From NCBI GenBank assembly GCA_946965045.2, contig OX337240.1:1550001-1614000 (forward strand): DNA of 64,000 nt. Reading direction: 5' to 3'. A program made the position numbers and the translations under genes. Below, piece after piece: positions 61,257 through 64,000 of the stretch. The notes under the pieces were generated by a model, which saw only the letters and a list, made by a program, of their open reading frames with translations, did not search any database and was not told where the DNA came from. Position 1 is the stretch's first letter. Every line of letters begins with the position of its first letter. The DNA comes from Epithemia pelagica. Taxonomy: Eukaryota; Protista; Bacillariophyta.

Positions 61257-61986
61257 TACGCTACCAATATTCGATATGGTTCCTGATCCCCCATCCCCAA
61301 TCCCCATGTCCAGAAGATGACCTTGTTCCAAAACGCAATCTTTTGTGGGCAGTCATCTCACTTCTCACGCTCTCACTCTCTCCACTACGAGTACGAGTAT
61401 TCGAATTGGTCTCGTCCACATCAGCGTCAGCGTCAGTGCCTCGTTCACAACAGATGTAAACCTATGATTGGCATCTCATTTCGAGAGCAATGATTCACAC
61501 ACATTCTTGTCAAGACATATTGGTTATCGGTTGCGAGGAATACCACGCTAGCTAGTCGCATATTTCGGCAGCTGCTCGGCAAAAGGGATGGAAGATTGGC
61601 AGCACCATAATATCTACGAGTACGAGCTCGTAATCGTCGATGGATAGTTTGCGTGCTGTTTCTGAGACGCCAGGAAATTCAGACACTTTGATGGTATGAA
61701 CGCCAACGAATCCCTTAAGTCCAGTCTCCTCTGGAGTCTGGATCAAAGAAGCTTGGCCGTTGTGGGTTGGCCCCATTTCGTATTGTCCTTCCCACAAAGT
61801 TCCCAACTTCTTATACCAAGTCAGATATGGTGGTACTTGTGACTTGTGGCAGCCCTGAAAAGTGCCGAACCAATAGGGTCATGGAGAAATTCCGAGAAGA
61901 ACGACAAGCTTTACCATCCTGACTCCCTCATTCTCGTAATGTGATCCCACAAATTCCAGGCTCGCAAGTTTTTATTATTCGCCGCC

Positions 61987-63213
61987 GTGCCACCACAGCA
62001 GCAGCAGATTGTTTTCAGAATCACGACAACCAGAAGGAATTCAAAACAAACAAGGACACCATCGACCATGGCAACCACAACAACGACAAGTTCTACCAGT
62101 CTCTGCTGGCCGTTGGAAAAACCACCCGTCAATGCATTCTATCGAACCGCATTGGTCCTCAACAACCAGGCCGTGACATGGATGCAACATGGACAGTTTG
62201 GACCCGCCATGCGTACCATGTGTGAGTGCTTGTCCAACATGCAACGAGCCTTTGTCACGACATCGTCCACCACCCACAAGAAGCAAAAGAAGACGACACG
62301 AAGGACTGCTCTGCATCCACAGGAACAGTATCCGCAATCGAAGCACAAGAGCAAGAACCACCAGAACAAGAACCACAAGAACAAGACTACTGTTGTTGAA
62401 GGTCTACCTGAAGCACATCCCTCCTCCTCCTCTCATACTCATGTTGCGGGAAGGACAAAGTCCAAGGACCATCCAGACAAGACAAACAAGAATTCCCACG
62501 AGACGATTGCACCTGCAGCATCAGTCATTATGGATATTGAACCAATCGAGGACACGGACATTGGTCGACTCTTGGCCATGGCTCGGTATGGTCCTACTAC
62601 GTCCATGGCCTCACCCATTCGTATTGCGGGAGCTGCGAGTTGTGACGAAACGGATGAGATCCAAAAGCACTTTGGTATCATGCTGTACAACCATGGTTTG
62701 GCTACCTTTCTCGTGTCGACGACCATACGACCCAAACAAAGAAGAGCAAGAACGCATCGTGACGGCACAACGAGTACTACTAGTAGCACATACCAACGTT
62801 ATGCGGACCGTCACAAGAAATACATGGCACGATCCCAAAAATCTTTGGAAATGGCCGAGAAAACACTTGTACTCTTGTTGGCAGCCAGCAATGCCTCCCA
62901 TTCGAAACCATGGACCGACTCTGTCGTCCTGGATCAGCAGCAGCAGCAGCAGGAGAACCGAGGATCCATAGAGGACATGCCGAGCCCCGGAGTACCCGAC
63001 CTTTCCGTCTTCCTCCTCTTGGCCTTGAGTCTGAATAGTCGCTGCGTTCTCTGGTGTCAAGCAGCGCACGACAAACCGCACTACTGGCAAACAAAGGTAC
63101 CGCTGGTACAACAAGCCGTGACATGCTTGTGTGGTCGTGTCATGGCCGAACAAGCACACTGGTCCCGTTGCATGGGCGCTCGAAAGGAAGGAGTCGTGGC
63201 TCAAGCCGCGTAA
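61987..63213 (+). CDS. Hypothetical TPR-like helical protein (diatom-type expanded family)
   Basis: LNNQAVTWMQHGQFGPAMRTM, IMLYNHGLA and LLLALSLN motifs; first ATG downstream of the GTG ORF start. Confidence 0.65.
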   Translation: MPPQQQQIVFRITTTRRNSKQTRTPSTMATTTTTSSTSLCWPLEKPPVNAFYRTALVLNNQAVTWMQHGQFGPAMRTMCECLSNMQRAFVTTSSTTHKKQKKTTRRTALHPQEQYPQSKHKSKNHQNKNHKNKTTVVEGLPEAHPSSSSHTHVAGRTKSKDHPDKTNKNSHETIAPAASVIMDIEPIEDTDIGRLLAMARYGPTTSMASPIRIAGAASCDETDEIQKHFGIMLYNHGLATFLVSTTIRPKQRRARTHRDGTTSTTSSTYQRYADRHKKYMARSQKSLEMAEKTLVLLLAASNASHSKPWTDSVVLDQQQQQQENRGSIEDMPSPGVPDLSVFLLLALSLNSRCVLWCQAAHDKPHYWQTKVPLVQQAVTCLCGRVMAEQAHWSRCMGARKEGVVAQAA

Positions 63214-64000
63214 CCAAAGGCAAGCCAAAGAATCCTCTGCTGTCGCGGCAACGACGACTGTGGACCATCTTTCACCAGATGCGGTGCCCCGAATGAGCTT
63301 GAAGCTATTCTGGAGAGACTGACAGCATAGAAAGTCTTAGATTTCTAGAGAATGAGTGACACATGTAAGAGCTAAAACCCATTCCTTTCCACACTACCTT
63401 GAAGGTATTTCAAAAATCCTCCATGAGAGCGTCACCAACCGAAACGAAGAAGCAAGCATACAATTCCTTAGCGCAAAAGAATACCACTCCCCAATGACTG
63501 GGCGTTTCTCATGGTCCGAGTCACTATTGACGGTTTCTTGTGCTGGTCCCGAGGACGGGATTCCGTATAAGTGTCTGTGGACGATGCAACCACTCCACTA
63601 CTTTGGATGCTGGAGGACCCAACCGTTTTCCTCCAATCTGGACGTTCCATTCCCTACCATGAATGCTCTACGAGTCGTACAATAGCTTCACCACAAACAG
63701 CTCGTTTCTCTTTGTACACACCTGTTATTACCAATATATGTCTCATTGCCGAGAGGGGATGATGGAGACTGGACACTCTAGACTATGGAACTGTTGTGGT
63801 AAGGTAGGAGTAGCAAGAAGAGAATCGTCGGAAGGCACGCGCGAACGGCCTTTCCAAGAAAGGCCTCTCCGCGTCTCGGGTTTTCCAGACACGTTCCTCG
63901 GACAGACAATCGAATGCAATCGAAATAAATCGAACAACCCTGGGTGAATGGCACCGCACACGATCTTTGCGTTTGTCTCCACCGCATCTTCTCGTCGGTC

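Noticed and set aside
62189-63228. Overlapping 260-aa and 205-aa ORFs
   Set aside because: Alternative-frame or antisense shadows of the 61987-63213 gene.
63330-64000. Gene or element at the right edge
   Set aside because: Only short ORFs with no recognisable motif, and the context is cut by the window end.

Overview
Eukaryotic genomic DNA, most likely a pennate diatom (inferred from short spliceosomal introns, RNI-like LRR, TPR-like and GPCR-like families, and a probable plastid-targeting peptide). No rRNA, tRNA or CRISPR array was recognised. The flanks (1-11.6 kb, 40.9-64 kb) hold host genes: a kinesin-7-like motor, a zf-MYND/MSS51-like protein, an OSCA/TMEM63-like channel, a DUF1415-like protein, a GPCR-like gene with a GC-AG intron and a premature stop, and LRR paralogues. 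The centre (11.8-39.4 kb) is a transposon nest inside a ~9.6 kb tandem duplication (11826-25518 and 25517-35143). It contains an apparently intact PIF/Harbinger element (TTA duplication, empty site in the other copy), a hAT remnant, an unclassified TIR element and two related piggyBac-like families. These piggyBac-like elements are the most unusual part. They have TTAA duplications, 12-bp CGCC-starting TIRs, 50-60 bp palindromes near both ends and a transposase with a long N-terminal extension. The near-intact copy (34653-39383) also carries a convergent second gene resembling the P2X7 C-terminal ballast domain. All family assignments come from motif recognition by eye; no database search was run.
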